A stretch of 64,000 nt of DNA from Eledone cirrhosa (Eukaryota). This document shows positions 26,371 through 42,820 of the stretch, piece by piece. The position numbers and the translations under genes were made by a program. Where the stretch lies: NCBI GenBank assembly GCA_964016885.1, contig OZ024740.1:374542001-374606000 (forward strand). Direction: 5' to 3'. The notes under the pieces are model-generated. The model was not told the DNA's origin. It saw nothing but the letters and a program-made list of their open reading frames with translations, and ran no database searches. Numbering within the stretch: position 1 is the first letter of the stretch; the number at the start of each line of letters is the position of its first letter.

Positions 26371-27132
26371 TCACCTGTAGAAAGGTATATTTAGGGGAAA
26401 AAGAATTAGATTTAATTCCCAATTACATATTCTGATATGTATTTCCTTTTATTCTTTGAGAAAGTTAAAATATAATTCATACAACAGATATATATATGCA
26501 TCAATGTCACATTTAATTGAAACATCAACTAAGTATACAATTAAATATTCAAAAGAGTATAGACGTATTAATGACGTATACACAGAGAGGATATGGCGTT
26601 ACAACATTGAGTACATGTTTACCTCATTGGACTAATTTGATTCGTTAATAATAAATACATAGAAATAAAGCCGAAAAGCAAAAAGGTAAACAATCAATCA
26701 CATAATTTGTACTCAAAATCAATGAATAAATCATTATCTTCAAGGATTTCCACTTGTTTTGTCATCTTATATATAATGAATGCATATTATAAAAAATAGT
26801 ATTACACCATAAACAAGCGATTGTCAGTATGTAAATAATTCTAACTAGATACAAGCAATCCATCATTACCAAAGCCTATGCGTACTGTGCAAATATTTTT
26901 TGTCTAAATCTTTGACAATAAATCAAACGTATGAAAAATCTGATGTTATTCATGGACATTTGATAAACTTCCAAAGATTGCTTGAAATCATTTATTGTTG
27001 TTACTTTTTTTTCTTGTTATTTGCAGGAGCTCTTCATATAATAAATCTTCATTATATGAAATCTTCCTGTTTACACTTACACTGAAATGAACATACACAC
27101 GCTCACATAAATACACCAACATACGCTCTCCC

Positions 27133-27186
<54 letters not shown>

Positions 27187-27190
<4 letters not shown>

Positions 27191-27720
27191 GGGAGGAACG
27201 AGTAGGACCCTGACGGCTGAGCTCAAGCCGTTTCGACGGCTAATTCTGGACTAAATGAACATTTTTATGCTGGTATTAGAATAGCCGAGCCTCTCAGGAG
27301 GTAATTCCATATATGCTAAAAGTGATTGTCGCAAGGATTGACCTCCTGCCCAGCTGTAGATGGCACTATCAACGCATGACTGGGTTTCATCCACCCCTCT
27401 CCCTATTTCTTCTACTGGCAGGTTCAGCTAACCCTTCCTTCCACAAATTGCCATGATAGAATTGTTATGTCTCAACAACATACTTTTGACCAATCCTTGT
27501 GACAATCACTTTTACCATATATGGAATTACCCCCTGAGAAGCTCGGCTATTCTAATACCAGGATAAAAATGTTCATTTAGTCCAGAATTAGCCGTCGAAA
27601 CGGCTTGAGCTCAGCTGTCGGGGTCCTACTCGTTCCTATTACCCACTCTACTACCCTAAGTATTGAGTACTTTGGTGCGTTATGGTCCACCTGGTTCCTT
27701 ACCACATTCCCTTCGTTATA
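27187..27720. mobile_element. Head-to-head inverted pair of family A (Hydra-like PLE) pseudo-LTR pieces between (TA)n tracts
   Basis: 27195-27342 is the reverse complement of about 27488-27637. Same sequence at 27741, 33651, 35203, 41377 and 59911. Confidence 0.85.
27529..27624 (+). ncRNA. Hammerhead-like fold with non-canonical CTGAGAA core (family A)
   Basis: acccc CTGAGAA gct-cggctattct...agaattagccg-tc GAAA cggc-ttgagctca-gctg TC ggggt. Three stems and a GUC triplet. Confidence 0.65.
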
Positions 27721-27740
27721 TATATATATATATATATATA

Positions 27741-30055
27741 TAACAAAGGAATGGTGGTAACGAACCAGATGGACCATAACGCAACCGAGTACTCAATACT
27801 TAGGGCAGTAGAGTGGGAAATAGGACAAAGTATGACCCCGACGGCAGAGCTCAAGCCGTTTCTACAGCTATATCTGGACTAAATTATAATTTTTATCCTG
27901 GTATTAGAATAGCCGAGCTTTTCAGGGGGTACTTCCTTATATGGGAAGATTGTAGTTGTCAAGAGGATTGGTTAAAATTTGTTGTAAACACAAATAAGTC
28001 TATCATGGCATTTGGTGGGAGGCAGGGGTGGTTGAACTTGCCTGTAGAACAATAGGGAAGTTACAGTGGTGGTCAAGCGTTGAAAGTGATATGTATACAG
28101 CAGATTCTGAGGATAGAGTATGAAGTGGAGGAGGGAGGTTATAGAATAGGTAAATCGAATTAGAGTAGGAGACAATAAAAGATAATAGAAAGAAATAAAA
28201 AAAAAATATACAATTAGATAGTGAGAAATAAATAAAAAAAATCATAATGCAATTTTACAATTACAGGTTAATAAGTTGAGAATAGAAAAAACTTGTAGAA
28301 ATTGAGTAGTACGAGAACTGATACAGAATTAAAGGGGTTTAACACTTCTGCTAAAAGTAGTTAGTAAAACGTATTCGGCCAATTCTATCTTAATATTACA
28401 GGGGAGGGGGAACTGATGCAACAGAAGCCTGATGGGTTGCATCGGGGGAGGCGAAGGGGAAAAGCAGACGACGAAGAACATAGGGGGCGGAAGGAAGTGA
28501 TAGGATGAGGCAGAGGGAAGAAGAAGACAAAGATGAAAAGAAAAGAAAAGAGATACATCTAACTAAGTAAGCTGAGGTTTCCTCTAACTTATTCGGCAAG
28601 TATGGTGGTATCAGCCCTTGTCTACCCAAAAGGGTCGTTATGGGGTTTGAGGGCGAGATAAGTCCTACGCAATCTGTGTTTGCATGCGGTTAGCATTTCC
28701 TCTTTCTTGTTTAGGAGTTGATACTTCGAAAACAGCATTTCTAATGTTAGTGTAGGATATATTATTATCTTGGAGGTCCTAGTTGTGGCCTGAAAGTATA
28801 GTGGCATGTCACCGGAACGGGTTTCGGTAAGTATGTCGGTACTTGTAGAGCCAGGTCTTGAAGTCACACGCGGTTAATCCTATATAAGCTTTGTTGGAGG
28901 TGTCCGTCCTCACGTTGCACTGGTAGATCACGTCACATTCTCGGCATTTGTTGTTGAGGGGGCACGTAGATCTATCAGGCCAGTTACACCTCCTGGTCGG
29001 CTCTCCACTGATGTCTAAGTTATTTCTTCCATAGGGGTTAAGTTTTTGTTGTTTGAGGAGACGAAGTTTTGTGCGAAGTTAGGTGTGGTGTTGTAGGAGA
29101 GTTTGGTGGTGTTTTCGTTGATTATGTTGTGTTAGCGGTGGTGTAGTGGAAAGTGTTTTTCGAGGAGTCTAAAGAAGATTTTCTCTATAGGTGTTGCCAC
29201 CTCGGCATTATGGGGAGTATTGAACCACGTTACGTTGCGTGAGCGGGGATGTCGCTTCCTGGATCCGCGAAGAGAAGCTGAATAAAAGGATATTTCCTCC
29301 CGGAAGCCACTCCGCTTGAGGGCCTGGTTGTAATAAGGCGCGTGTTCGTCGAATATCTGCTCATTAGCGGACAAACGAGATATGTGGAGGGAGATGTTTT
29401 TAACCAGGTTATTGGTGATGTTTCTAGGATGGTTAGAGCGGCGGTGGATGTAGTGCAGGTTGTTGTTTGGTTTCCTGTATGGGTAGTACAGATCATTTTC
29501 GAGGTTAAGCGTAACGTCCAGGAAATTGACTCGGGTTAGGGACGTTTGTAGGGTGATTTTAAATCCCCAGTCCCGGAAGAAGTTGATTAGTTGTTTACGG
29601 AACCGGTCTGTACTACCGGGGTTGTACCTATTGAGGGTGAGGAGCGCATCATCCCGGTACAAACCACCGCCGAATGTACGAAACATGTATGTGAGTTTAA
29701 ATAGTTGGAATAATCCTATAAGATCTGTGACCTCTGCTGAATCCATCGCCCTCATACTGACGTCGAAGGGGGAGTCGGGAGCTCTCTTCATCCAATTAGA
29801 GTTGTCGAAATGTAGGACCCTCTTCCTGGCGTGGAGAATTATATTACAAATGCTGTTTTCGAAGGACCAACTCCTAAATAAGAAAGAGGAACTGGTAACC
29901 GCATGCAAACACAGATCGCGTAGGACTTAACTCGCCCTCAAACCCCATAACGACCCGAAAAGTTCGGCTATTTATTCGCTAGGCTAAAAATTATAATTGA
30001 GTCCAGAAATAGTCGTCGAAACGGCTTGAGCTCTGCCGTTGGGGTGATACTTTTT

Positions 30056-30060
<5 letters not shown>
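27741..30060 (-). mobile_element. 5'-truncated Hydra-like PLE (family A; ORF remnants 28622-29845) with an inverted 3'-end copy at 29845-30060
   Basis: FDVSMRAMDSAEVTDLIG, GGGLYRDD, VNFLDVTL, SNHP, WFNTP, CN..CPLNNKC..VIY..YIG..FKTRLY, LLNKKEE..ACKH. The C-terminal segment is repeated inverted at 29845-29960. Confidence 0.92.
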
Positions 30061-30094
<34 letters not shown>

Positions 30095-30475
30095 GTGCAT
30101 AAGAGATATCTACTATTAGATACAGATAAAGCGTGCTTAGAACATCTTAATTCATCTCAAGGTGATGTTTAACCATTGAGCGTGCTCCACTATTAATGAA
30201 GTACATCGATGTGCTCAAGCACACACATACGCACATATGTAAAATGTCACAGATACATACACAATATCTAAATTTTGTAACATGCCTGAAATTACATATG
30301 GGTCTAAATCACCTATATTTTCTCGTGGAAATTACTAATCAAATAGAAATGATTACAATATATCCTCTATACGTATATGTGAACGTATTAATCCAGATCA
30401 ATTCATAACGCATTCATTAAGAAAAGGAAATAGGGAGTAACGTAAAATATGTATGCACAGAAAACATGAACATAC

Positions 30476-30747
30476 CCCGGTGCAAGTCGATAAATTGAGG
30501 TCATGGATCATATAAAACATGTAGTCGGGAAGATATAGAGGTGCAAATTCGTAACGGTCGACATTTGCTTCATCTATGGCGAGCCGTACGCCAGCCACAA
30601 ATGAATGCTTGTTCGATTACTCATTAATACTTCCATATACATTTCATGTTTTCGTGCATGGGATATGAATAATCTATAGTATAATAGCAGTAACATCAAG
30701 ACACACAATGTGACTTGGGTACTTATAGAAGATCTGAACACAGCCAT
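30476..30747 (-). CDS. Probable first coding exon of a host receptor gene (signal peptide + start of an ANF-receptor-type ligand-binding domain), with a 1-nt frameshift near 30600-30620
   Basis: MAVFRSSISTQVTLCVLMLLLLYYRLFISHARKHEMYMEVLMSN, then in the adjacent frame FVAGVRLAIDEANVDRYEFAPLYLPDYMFYMIHDLNLSTCTG, ending at donor GTATGT. The pattern resembles A(V)xLAxxDxN..LPDYxxxxIH...C..G of GABA-B receptors and receptor guanylyl cyclases. Confidence 0.5.
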
Positions 30748-32110
30748 TTGTTCAAGAAAAGGACGAAAGACAGAATGAGTGAGAGATAGAAAGAAAAATA
30801 TATGTATAGAGAGGGAGCGGGCAATATAGCGGAATCGACCCGAAGTGATGAAGGACAATGCTTGCCCCGGCGGGATTAGAACTCACAGCGCAAAGCGAGT
30901 GTAAACATATATCATCCATCAGTCTAATCGACACTTTGAACTTGGCAGACGAAGAGTTTCAATAGAGCTTCATGAAAGAGTATACTGTGACAGATTGCGC
31001 TGAAATGTAACCTATTTTGTTGTTTCATCGTGGCGAGAAGACTTCTATCCGTTTTTGTGACTGCTGAGACCTTGCTGAAGGGAAAATTCCACTTTCAATC
31101 TGGGTGATGGTATTAAAATAAACAACCATTACGTGTACCACCCAAGTAATCAACAGCGGTAGTTGAACTTAAAATATAAAGAGAATAAATGGCAATACCC
31201 GTATCATTCAATAATCTAGCGATTTTAAATCTGTCATTTCACTGCTCTGAAAGTATTCGTATTTTATCAAAACCAAAGTAAAGATGCTGCCGGTGAGTTT
31301 TAAACTCGGTACGCTGAGAGCAAATCAGTTTATTGTACTGTCAAACCATTCAACAGGACACTTTTACTGCTAAGGCTATATTGCAAATGTTTCTTGTGTA
31401 CAAATACATTTCACATCTTACATTTGAAGGAGATAATGCATGGGACTATAACGTCAAACGCAAATGTACGACTGGAATGCAATTTATATAACTCCACGTT
31501 GAGGTTTGACCAAGCGCTAAATAACATCAACGCCATCAACATCATCAACACTACCACTACCAACAACAAGTAACTTATATTTTTTATTTATTTTTGAGGG
31601 GTTCGTCTTGAAATATTTATGAACATTTTAATTATCAATACACTGCAGTTTTCTTAACGATTGTGTTTTATGTGAATGGGGCTTCAGTACAATTAGCTTA
31701 GCTATTGCCGGTACGTTTTCTTTCATGTAAAATCATATCGTATCATACTCAATATATGAAGCTATCTACAACGAATTCCAATTATAAACCAGTAAATACC
31801 ATGTGGCTACAGGTATATAATTGACGTGATCAGTATTCCTTTCGGTGTGACACGTAGCAAAAGATAATACAATTCTTCGGAGGTCTATGAGAGGGAGTTA
31901 CATCAGTTAAAATCTACATGAACGAAATATAAGTATCAAAGTAACAAAATATTTTCACCAGAAGAAATGTTTAACAAAAGTAGTTATTTTGTGAAAATAT
32001 TTCCAAGTGGGCGTTTATATTTCATCCCTGTGGCTGCAAATACATAACAATTAGTGACATTAACATTATTTCTATAAATCCTATCACCTGTGGGCTGTTA
32101 TTGTAATATT

Positions 32111-32169
<59 letters not shown>

Positions 32170-32170
<1 letters not shown>

Positions 32171-33545
32171 TTTATATATAATATATAAGATCAAAAGATG
32201 GTTAAAGGAGTTCCACGTATTTTATTATGCGCATTTCAAAAACAAACATCATCATGCAATAATATTTGTGTTTTCATCAGATAAAACAGGAGGACATGAT
32301 ATGAAGGCTAAAACACACTTGTGGATAGTGCAGTTTTAAATCAACATATGAGAAGTAGTTTTAGATTGATGTGTGATATTGGGAAAAATATTTTATTTAG
32401 AGAGGGGGGGGGGAGGATGAACAAAAGGGGAGGAGATGAGAGTGAAGGTGGAGAGGGAGAGATGGGTGATAGAGAGAGATAGTTTTTATAACTGAGAAAG
32501 ATAAATTGTTTTACATAGAGAGGTTGAAAACCGTTGGAAGATAATGTATAAATTAAAAGAATTTGAAAGTTAACGAAGGGAAAAATATGTACGAAGAAGG
32601 AGAGGGAGTTAATATGTATTGAGATTAAAAAGTTTGATGATAGAGAGAATAGAATAATGAATTGCGGATTAATATTCTAACGTCAAAAAAATGTGTGTAT
32701 GTTTACAAGTATTATGGAAATTTGAAAATTAACGAAAAAAAAAATTATTAAGGTTTGTGTATTGAAGGATTTGAGAAAAATAATGTGAAGTTAAGGTTTG
32801 TATATTGAAGGAATTGATAATACGTGCGAAGAAAGAGTTAATATGTATTAAGAATGAGTTAGATGATGGGGAGAAAAAAATAATGAATTAAGGATGAATA
32901 ATCTGGCGTCAAAACAAATGTATATGTTACGAAGGATTTTACAAGGTGAAAATAGAGTAAGGGTAATGAGTAAACAAGTATTATAGAGTGTATAATACCC
33001 TTTGAAATAAGGTAGGAAGATGGGTATATTTTAAAAGAGGTGTATGTATATGTGCCTTTGAGAAAAGATTCTAAATTGATAAAGAATTGAATATTAGCTT
33101 TATACTTTGTGAAATGTCTTATGGAATTTATGCAAGCAGATAGAAAACAAATCCGTTCGTCTATTTATTATAGAATCTAGATTAGAGACAATGGTAAATT
33201 TTTCATTTAGGCAGAGATTGCAGATTTTAGATAGAGAGCTGTTCAAGAATGAAGACGCAGAAGAAACCTTCTTCCAAAAGATGGTATATTTAATGTGTTT
33301 GTCTTTCAAGGACCATATGAGTTCTGAGAGAGCCGTGTTGGGTCTTTTAAGTTTGTATTTAAAACATGAATGATGATTATAGAGACGAGCTTTAAAAGAG
33401 GTGGAAGTGGAGCCAAAATAGGTGAAGGAATTGGTGTTAGTTATAACTTTACATTCATAAATTAAGTTTTTATCAAGACAATGGTTGTTGAGAGGACATT
33501 TATTTTTAATAGGGCAATTGTACTACAATAAAACTCACCTCCTAC
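32170..33545 (-). mobile_element. 3' fragment of a Hydra-like PLE (open GIY-YIG frame ~33100-33522 + 3' UTR)
   Basis: [60 protein letters not shown]. (TA)n on both sides. Confidence 0.9.
32220..32286 (-). ncRNA. Canonical-core type I hammerhead with palindromic stem III
   Basis: ttttat CTGATGA aaacacaaatattatt-gcat-gatgatgtttgttttt GAAA tgcgca TA ataaaa. Confidence 0.82.
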
Positions 33546-33546
33546 A

Positions 33547-35454
<1,908 letters not shown>

Positions 35455-35494
35455 GTATATACAAATATATATACAAGTACATACACATACAAGT

Positions 35495-35900
35495 ATTACA
35501 CCATCCTCAATAGAACCATCATTAGGCTCTCATATTCCCCGTCACATGATTGTACTATTGCACGGCGTAATTGCTCGGATACGAACAATCTCAGAATATC
35601 GACAGACAGAAAGTCCTTATCAAACGATATATTGTATAAATATGATGTCATCACAAACAAATTAACGTGGGAATATATTAGGATTAGTTCGATCACTTTC
35701 ATAGCACGGTGGTATGCACACCACATTCGTTTCAAGGACCCGATAAGGCTCACCAAACCTCACCTGCCGTCCCTATATGGGATCATAAGAAGAGCTAGTC
35801 ACGCCCTACAATGAAAGATCCTCTGTAAAGGGCACTTGAATATGGAAGGACATAAGCACTTCGTGTTATGAACCATTTAGCGTTTTGGTATTTTATTCAC
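35495..35900 (+). pseudogene. Old Hydra-like PLE endonuclease remnant
   Basis: ILNRTIIRLSYS..DILYKYDV..EYI..TFIARWYAH resembles INKNVIKLSYS..NIVYACDV..YIG..FKTR..H of the 4466 ORF. Confidence 0.6.
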
Positions 35901-36084
35901 CAAGAGCCCAGTATTGAACACATTCTCAGAGCGTTGCCCGAACTGCGTGAACAAGAGCAAAGCATGTTATACAAATTTCAAAACTGCAGTTTACAGAGCG
36001 TTAATCCAATTAACGGGTTAAACCCGAAAATTAAACGTATTTTCCCCACTATCATAAATACACCAACATTACCACTGTCACAAT

Positions 36085-38350
36085 TATTATTATAATTATC
36101 AATATCATTATTATTCCTTTTGTCACGCAAAGTAGATGGAAAATGCTCCAGAGTATTTAGCCATCTGTTAAGACACAAAAAGGACCTCAGACATATAATA
36201 CTTTCCATGAAATGTGCGCAGTGCCTATTTAAATTGATTTTTGTACGAAAGCAACATTATATGGTATTCCCAACCCCTTTACAAAGACTTCGACCTTTAA
36301 TAGATCACACATGCTATCTTTTTCACAATACTATATCGCATTTCCAAGGCATTTGCCATCTCAATCTTTAGTTCGGAGTACTTGGTGATTTTATCAGCTT
36401 CTACACACGCAATATTCCTGTCATTTTGTAAGTGTACGTCTATGTTCAGGTAGTATTTGTCTTTCTTATTAATTTCGACCATAACTAGTCGGCGGTTTTG
36501 AATTAATATATCGGTCTGAAATTATAATCCCGGCATATCCTTGCTTTCCCATCCTCCTGCATTACTTTACTAGGTACATGTTCATACTAATGCTCTATTA
36601 ATTCACATTGATATTTACTAGATAACAGCAAATGAAGGTATAAGCAAACTATGCTATGACGGTGTTTGCATCTTTGTGCGCAAGGCTTTCACATCCACAT
36701 ACCATGTCGGTTGCATTTCCCACTTTCTTTCTGGATATCAGATGTTTTGTAGATGTTGTACTTCACCGAATTGGTAGCGAGTGCTTGGTCACGTGAAGCA
36801 ATTATAAGGCTGTCACTGGTATGCTTTACATCATCCTGCTTAAGCCATGTCCATAATGTTTTATCGTTGATATCATCTGCATTTCTTTTAAACTGCCAGC
36901 ACATTCTTATTATCAGATCTTCTTTGCTCTTCTCTTCAACTATTTGGTTTAACATTGCCTTACCAGCCATTCCCACTGTATTTATAGCCATATCTTTTTT
37001 GAACATTGTAACAACTCTTCCTCAATGTTTACCAAATATACTGTAAGCATTCTCCAGCCATTCCTTATACAACATGCCACAATCATGATACATCTAACAC
37101 CATTCATTCTCTCCGTGTACAATCTGTTAATATTTGCTTTAAGTTGTAAAGTTCCATGCAATTTTAGTAACTTCCTCGTCTTTCTATCCTAATCGGATAT
37201 TTCTTCTTTAATCTGTCTGGGAGTGGACTTACCACTGCAACTGCACAGTTATACATTGTTGTGACAAGATTTCTCGCATTCAGTTTGAATTTTAAAATCC
37301 GGATGGCTGCATGTAAAATGTCATCCATTTCTAAAATCTTCAAATAGCTCTATCCGAAGTTTTCCGGTTACTCTGTGGTTTATCACGATGGCAGCCTTAA
37401 TTCTCTGCAGGCTTCCCTTTTCCATCTTTTCCTATTGAGCACAAAGTATTAGGAGAGACCAAATTCCATACCGATATCATTGCTACATATATTGATTTTA
37501 TAAACCAAATGCTCTATGTAGTTTTCAGACTCCTCAGTCAGAATAATGGCATTTGAATAGTTCTTTCATTTCCTAATTGTCAATGTTATAAGTATAATGG
37601 CAATGGCAAATCGTAATTGTGAAAAGGAGCTACCTCGGAATAGTGCTTTAATATTTACTCGTCCAAGGAATACATTGATCTAGTGCAACATGGTCTTCCA
37701 AAGTAGCATACTATTCAGAAGGGATTATGTGATGCTGTAAGGAATACCAAACATCTGCTGGCATTCAATAATCCAAGTATGAGGCACATAAGCATTCTTA
37801 AATATAATCCAAGCCAAAAACATGATGGCATGCTGTTTTTCAAAAAGCCCTCGAAATTGTCTTATTCTTCATCAGGTGATACTTGGTACCCTGAGAACTT
37901 CTACATCCATTTTGTTGCATTGGATGTATTGTTGTAGAAGAAAGGTGTATGCCTTCTCCGCAAATATCTCAGTAAGTACCTTCTATATGTTCAGGTATGC
38001 TATGAGGCGGAAGTTTCCAATAGCATTACTCTTACTTCTATCTTTCTTTTTTCATATAAGCGTTGTTTATTCCGTTACCATCCAAGAGGAAACCACACCT
38101 CTCCGGTCACATTCGTTCAATTGAGTTGCCAAACTTTCATGAACTGTATTGCGTCTCTTCATCCAAATGTCATCGATTCCATCTAGACTGGGAGCGTTCT
38201 AGTTTGGTTCCTTGGTCACATGATGCTTCGCATCGACTGTGTTTTTAATAAGGTCTCTATCTATTTCCTGCCCGAAACTCTGGCTACATATTTTACTGTC
38301 CATTTTATCTGCATCACAGAGTTACCCCATATCCAATTCCGGAATTATTT
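36085..38350 (-). mobile_element. Heavily decayed R4/Dong-like LINE (RT + RLE) with a (TAA)n-like 3' flank
   Basis: TLWTWLKQDDVKHTSDSLIIASRDQALATN, IDV..EADKITKYSELKIE, RT remnant AWI..VPHTWI. attattatt tract at 36085-36115. Confidence 0.7.
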
Positions 38351-38353
38351 TGC

Positions 38354-38484
38354 TTCTTCTTCTTCTTCTTCTTCTTCTTCTTCTTCTTCTTCTTCTTCTT
38401 CTTCTTCTTCTTCTTCTTCTTCTTCTTCTTCTTCTTCTTCTTCTTCTTCTTCTTCTTCTTCTTCTTCTTCTTCTTCTTTTTCTT

Positions 38485-38557
<73 letters not shown>

Positions 38558-38592
38558 GACTACTACTACTACTACTACTACTACTTCTTCTT
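38354..38592. repeat. Compound (TTC)n(CTA)n microsatellite
   Basis: Direct inspection. Confidence 0.97.
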
Positions 38593-38609
38593 TTGATTAA
38601 AGAATGCTG

Positions 38610-39560
38610 AAGCTAGTGCATTAATATAGGAGATCTTTCAATTCTTAAACTTATTTCAACCTCCTGCCTTCGATAACCCTTGAACATGGCGCTGAGATAC
38701 TTGAAATTCTCCCCATTTTCCATTACTATTCCATTCACATGTAGAATGTATTTCACAGGCTTCTTTGTGGGGATGAGTGTCTCAGTTTTAGCAGTACTGA
38801 ATTGCTTTCTAGCCATGCTATACTCGGCATCAAAACTATTAGGTGCAAGTCGGAGATCATTTTCTGTCAAGTTGAGTAACAGCATGAATACAAATTTCAA
38901 CCGACCGATTTCTTAACTACCTTTCGTGATCTCACTTCCAACACGAGTGCGCATGTCAATCCTGATCATGAAAAAAATAAACATGGCTCTAATCGCCCAT
39001 TTGAAAACGTAACACAACCTTTTATTCATGAGTTCTCCTGACAACTATCCTTTAACTGATATGCTAATTTGATTTATGTAGCCTTTATACGCCGCAAAGG
39101 ACGCGTTCACCTTCTAGTAACAGGGTCCCTTCTTACGGATTCTATCTATGTCAACCATGCAGATAACACATTTGTCGTTTCAATAAGTGGTATATTTGTG
39201 GTTTGGAATGCAACAGTTTGATTTAGTTCCAAGAATTTAGTATCTTCCCTTACGCTAGACTAGCAATGTTGTGACGGCCGCCTGCGTTTGATGACCAGCC
39301 TTACATTCTAATCCCCAAATTACTTGTCCAATGACAGGACTTGCCATGATGATATCAATTTTACAAATAACACAATACCATTAAAATGCCTTCAACGTGG
39401 TACAATCCCGGGTACAATCCCGGCGGTGATCCTGCTAAATATCGTATTGGAACATACCCACTTGGGTTTCTCAATGCAGTATACGCTTTAGCAGAGATTT
39501 TAGGACGGTATATATCCTTAAGCTGGATTGCCCTACCTACAGACAATTGGCTCAGTTATT
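38610..39560 (-). mobile_element. Decayed RTE-like LINE RT remnant
   Basis: STAKTETL..VNGIVMENGENFKYL..EVEISLRI; resembles 45060-45500. Confidence 0.55.
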
Positions 39561-40638
39561 GCACACGCGACACCTATGGGCCATGATATATCAAGTGGTG
39601 GCTACTCTGTCCTAGAAAAGGATTGAGTTGAGTCTCTCCCTAAGTTTCTTTCACATCCGAATTCCCCAAACCGTGCTTCTAGCATTTTATAGCTATAATT
39701 TATATTAATATTTTGTTGTTAGATTCTCCAAAGCCCTATATTTCTCAAACTATTATAATTTGTGTCGTCGAATATCTATTCCTCTGCAAAATTAATGTAC
39801 AAAGGAGTTGAAATGTGAGGCAACAACTGAAAATGTATAAACTAGTTAGTAGCTTATTTTATTCCTACATAGGTCACTACTTACGTAGATATTTAAATCA
39901 AAGGCAGCCTATAGACTAAACAATTTCTTATCGTTAATTTCTTTCAGTAATATTAGTAGAGACAATGTTTACAAAGTTAGAATCAAAATACACAGTACTT
40001 AAATGTCAATAGATACTACAAACTTTATACAATTGTTTCTCATTTACATATGAATAAAAATCATCCGAGAGCTACAATCAATCTCAAAGTGTATCATTAA
40101 AACAAAGATAGCATCATATACTTCTGAAGAAGACAACATTAACTAAAGTTATCTATAAATGTTATATACTAAATATATAACAGCGCTTCTTAATCATTCT
40201 GATTAATTATTATTTATATCATGAGATGAAAACACAGGGAAATCCAATAATCGACGTTCGTCCGATAAACAAGTCATTACATACCAACACATTACCAACC
40301 TATGTATGTTCTTTGTATTTATTACCACTACCCCTCCAGTTGACGCTTCTCAAATCTAAAAACAAAATCTCCATTAATATCTCTTAAACACGTGTGTTTC
40401 TGTTCGCATTTTACCAATTCACTGTGCATTTTTTCTTTTTTTAAAGACAATATTTTAGTCAAAGTCAGAAACATTTTAGCCAGCGTCAACTTCCTCACAT
40501 CGGAACAAATACCATCCCTCCGTAAGCGTATAACTTTAAAGAGCTACGATATATTGTTCTAAATGAGAATGAACAGATCAAACCACAGTTTCTGAGCCAA
40601 CTATTTTATCATTCATTCAGGCTTAAATTTTAATTGTT

Positions 40639-40669
<31 letters not shown>

Positions 40670-41294
40670 GCATTCAATGTTAGTTTTGGGGAAAGATAAC
40701 AACTATTTGACTGGATTGTTCAGCTATAAAATGTATCATAGACCGTGAAGTAATTGTATGGTAACGAAATATCCAGAAAAGTTATATATTTTCCGTTATT
40801 ACTAAATATAACAGTTTCATATGAATATATCTTGTTGTCATTTGGGAAACAACACAGACTAATAACTGTTCCTCCAAACATTACTGATGAAATACATTTA
40901 GTACGTTAGCTTAGAGAAGCACAGTCATTATTAATAATTACTAATAATTATTCGATGATATGTTATAGACGGATACGTTTGGAGTGGACATCGTATTCTG
41001 GACATAGAAGTAACATATCTTTTGCAACATGATGAAGAACTTGAAAAATAGTTTTAAAGGGGGTTTTACCAAGTTATGTTGCATACGTTATCAGGAACAA
41101 TTTGGGCGACTATAAATGTTAATCCTCTGTGATATATTCAGTGCATCTAATAAATATATCTCACGAAAAGTTTATTTTCTTCAATTATTAACAAACATAT
41201 ATTCTTGCTAGCTCTCTCTATTTTTGTCTTTCTGCTTAGTTCTATGTGTTCACCCCCCCCCCTCACTCTCTGTCTCTCACTTTCTCTTTCTCTT

Positions 41295-41334
<40 letters not shown>

Positions 41335-41376
41335 CACACACACCCATACATACACGCACACAAACTTACAGGTATA

Positions 41377-41578
41377 TAGGAAAAGAGTCTGGACCCCGAC
41401 AGCAGAGGTCCAACCGTTTCAAAAGCTAGATTCAAACAGTTCGGATCTAGCTGTCGAAATTGCCGGAGCTCTGCCGTTGGGGTCCTCACACTTTCCCTAC
41501 TACCTACTCTACTACCCTAAATATCGAGTACTCTGATGCGTTATGTCCACCTGGCATCTTAACATACTTTCTTTGTTT
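41377..41578 (+). mobile_element. Old fold-back family A end
   Basis: ggaccccgacagcagag..agctagat and atctagct..ctctgccgttggggtcc, followed by the family A tail. Confidence 0.75.
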
Positions 41579-41937
41579 TATATATATATGTATATAAATA
41601 TATATATGTATATATATATATATATGATGTGTAATATCAACACGTGGTAACGACCAGTTTAAGATTTTGACTCGAAGTGTAAACATGGATCGCTTGATAT
41701 TGTTCTTCCTTGTTGATAATCCAATAATATCCATTTTCCGTGACTTACCATCTGATTAATTGGTGAAATATATTTCTTTAATGAAATATATACAGGGAAG
41801 ATTAATCATTAAAAGGTATATACTTTTGAAGTTCTAGTTAACTTTATTTAGCCTTGCGTGGTTACACGCTTATAAAAATTATCTCCTGTGATTTTTCATG
41901 TTTATATTTATTTATATATATGTTTATCAATTCCTAG

Positions 41938-41984
<47 letters not shown>

Positions 41985-42738
41985 ATTTAAGTTATCTTGA
42001 GCACCTCAATGTAGAACTAATGGTTCCAGTACGCAAATCATGATGCAATTAATTAATTTAGCACTCAACGTTATGCGATTCATCCATCCTAGATGTGGCA
42101 TATATAATGGGTGATTTTGATGACCATTTACTATGAACTTTAAAGTACTCACTATGTCACATAGTATCGGCAAAAGCAAAGCGTACTAATTGACGTCAGT
42201 GCCGTTTCTCACTTGTAAATGGTTGTCAAAACTACATACCATTTTGCTTCTGCTGAGAGTTATAGAAGCTGGATTCTTATAGAATTCCAGTTATGTTTAC
42301 GAGCTGTTTGTTTGGATTTAAAAAAAAACCCTCTGAATGTAAAAAGGTTTTGATCTGGAGAGCATGTGGTGAGCATGTGTTTGTGTTTTTGTAGGATGTT
42401 AGAAATGGTAAGTGAGAATTTAGACTTGAGGTCACGGTTGGCGGGTGGAGGGTGAAATAGGTTGTCAAGAAACCTTCTTAGAGGACATGTTCGATCGACC
42501 ATTTACGTTTCGCACAGAAATACTCCCATGATAATGGGTTTTAAAACCGAATGTGTCTGGGATTCTATTAAATGTTAGCAAGTTTAATTTTATAGTGATT
42601 GTAAGCTTTTCAAAATTATTTAAATTTGTGTTTTATATATGCATATATATATATATATATATGGGTAGGATATGTTTTATATGTTTAGCTAATTTAGCTG
42701 GCAATCAATGATTATTATTCATTGACGAGCATTTAAAT

Positions 42739-42812
<74 letters not shown>

Positions 42813-42820
<8 letters not shown>

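Noticed and set aside
42385-42415. Plus-strand 13-nt microexon (tttttgtAG..GTAAGT)
   Set aside because: No partner exons; such matches are expected by chance.
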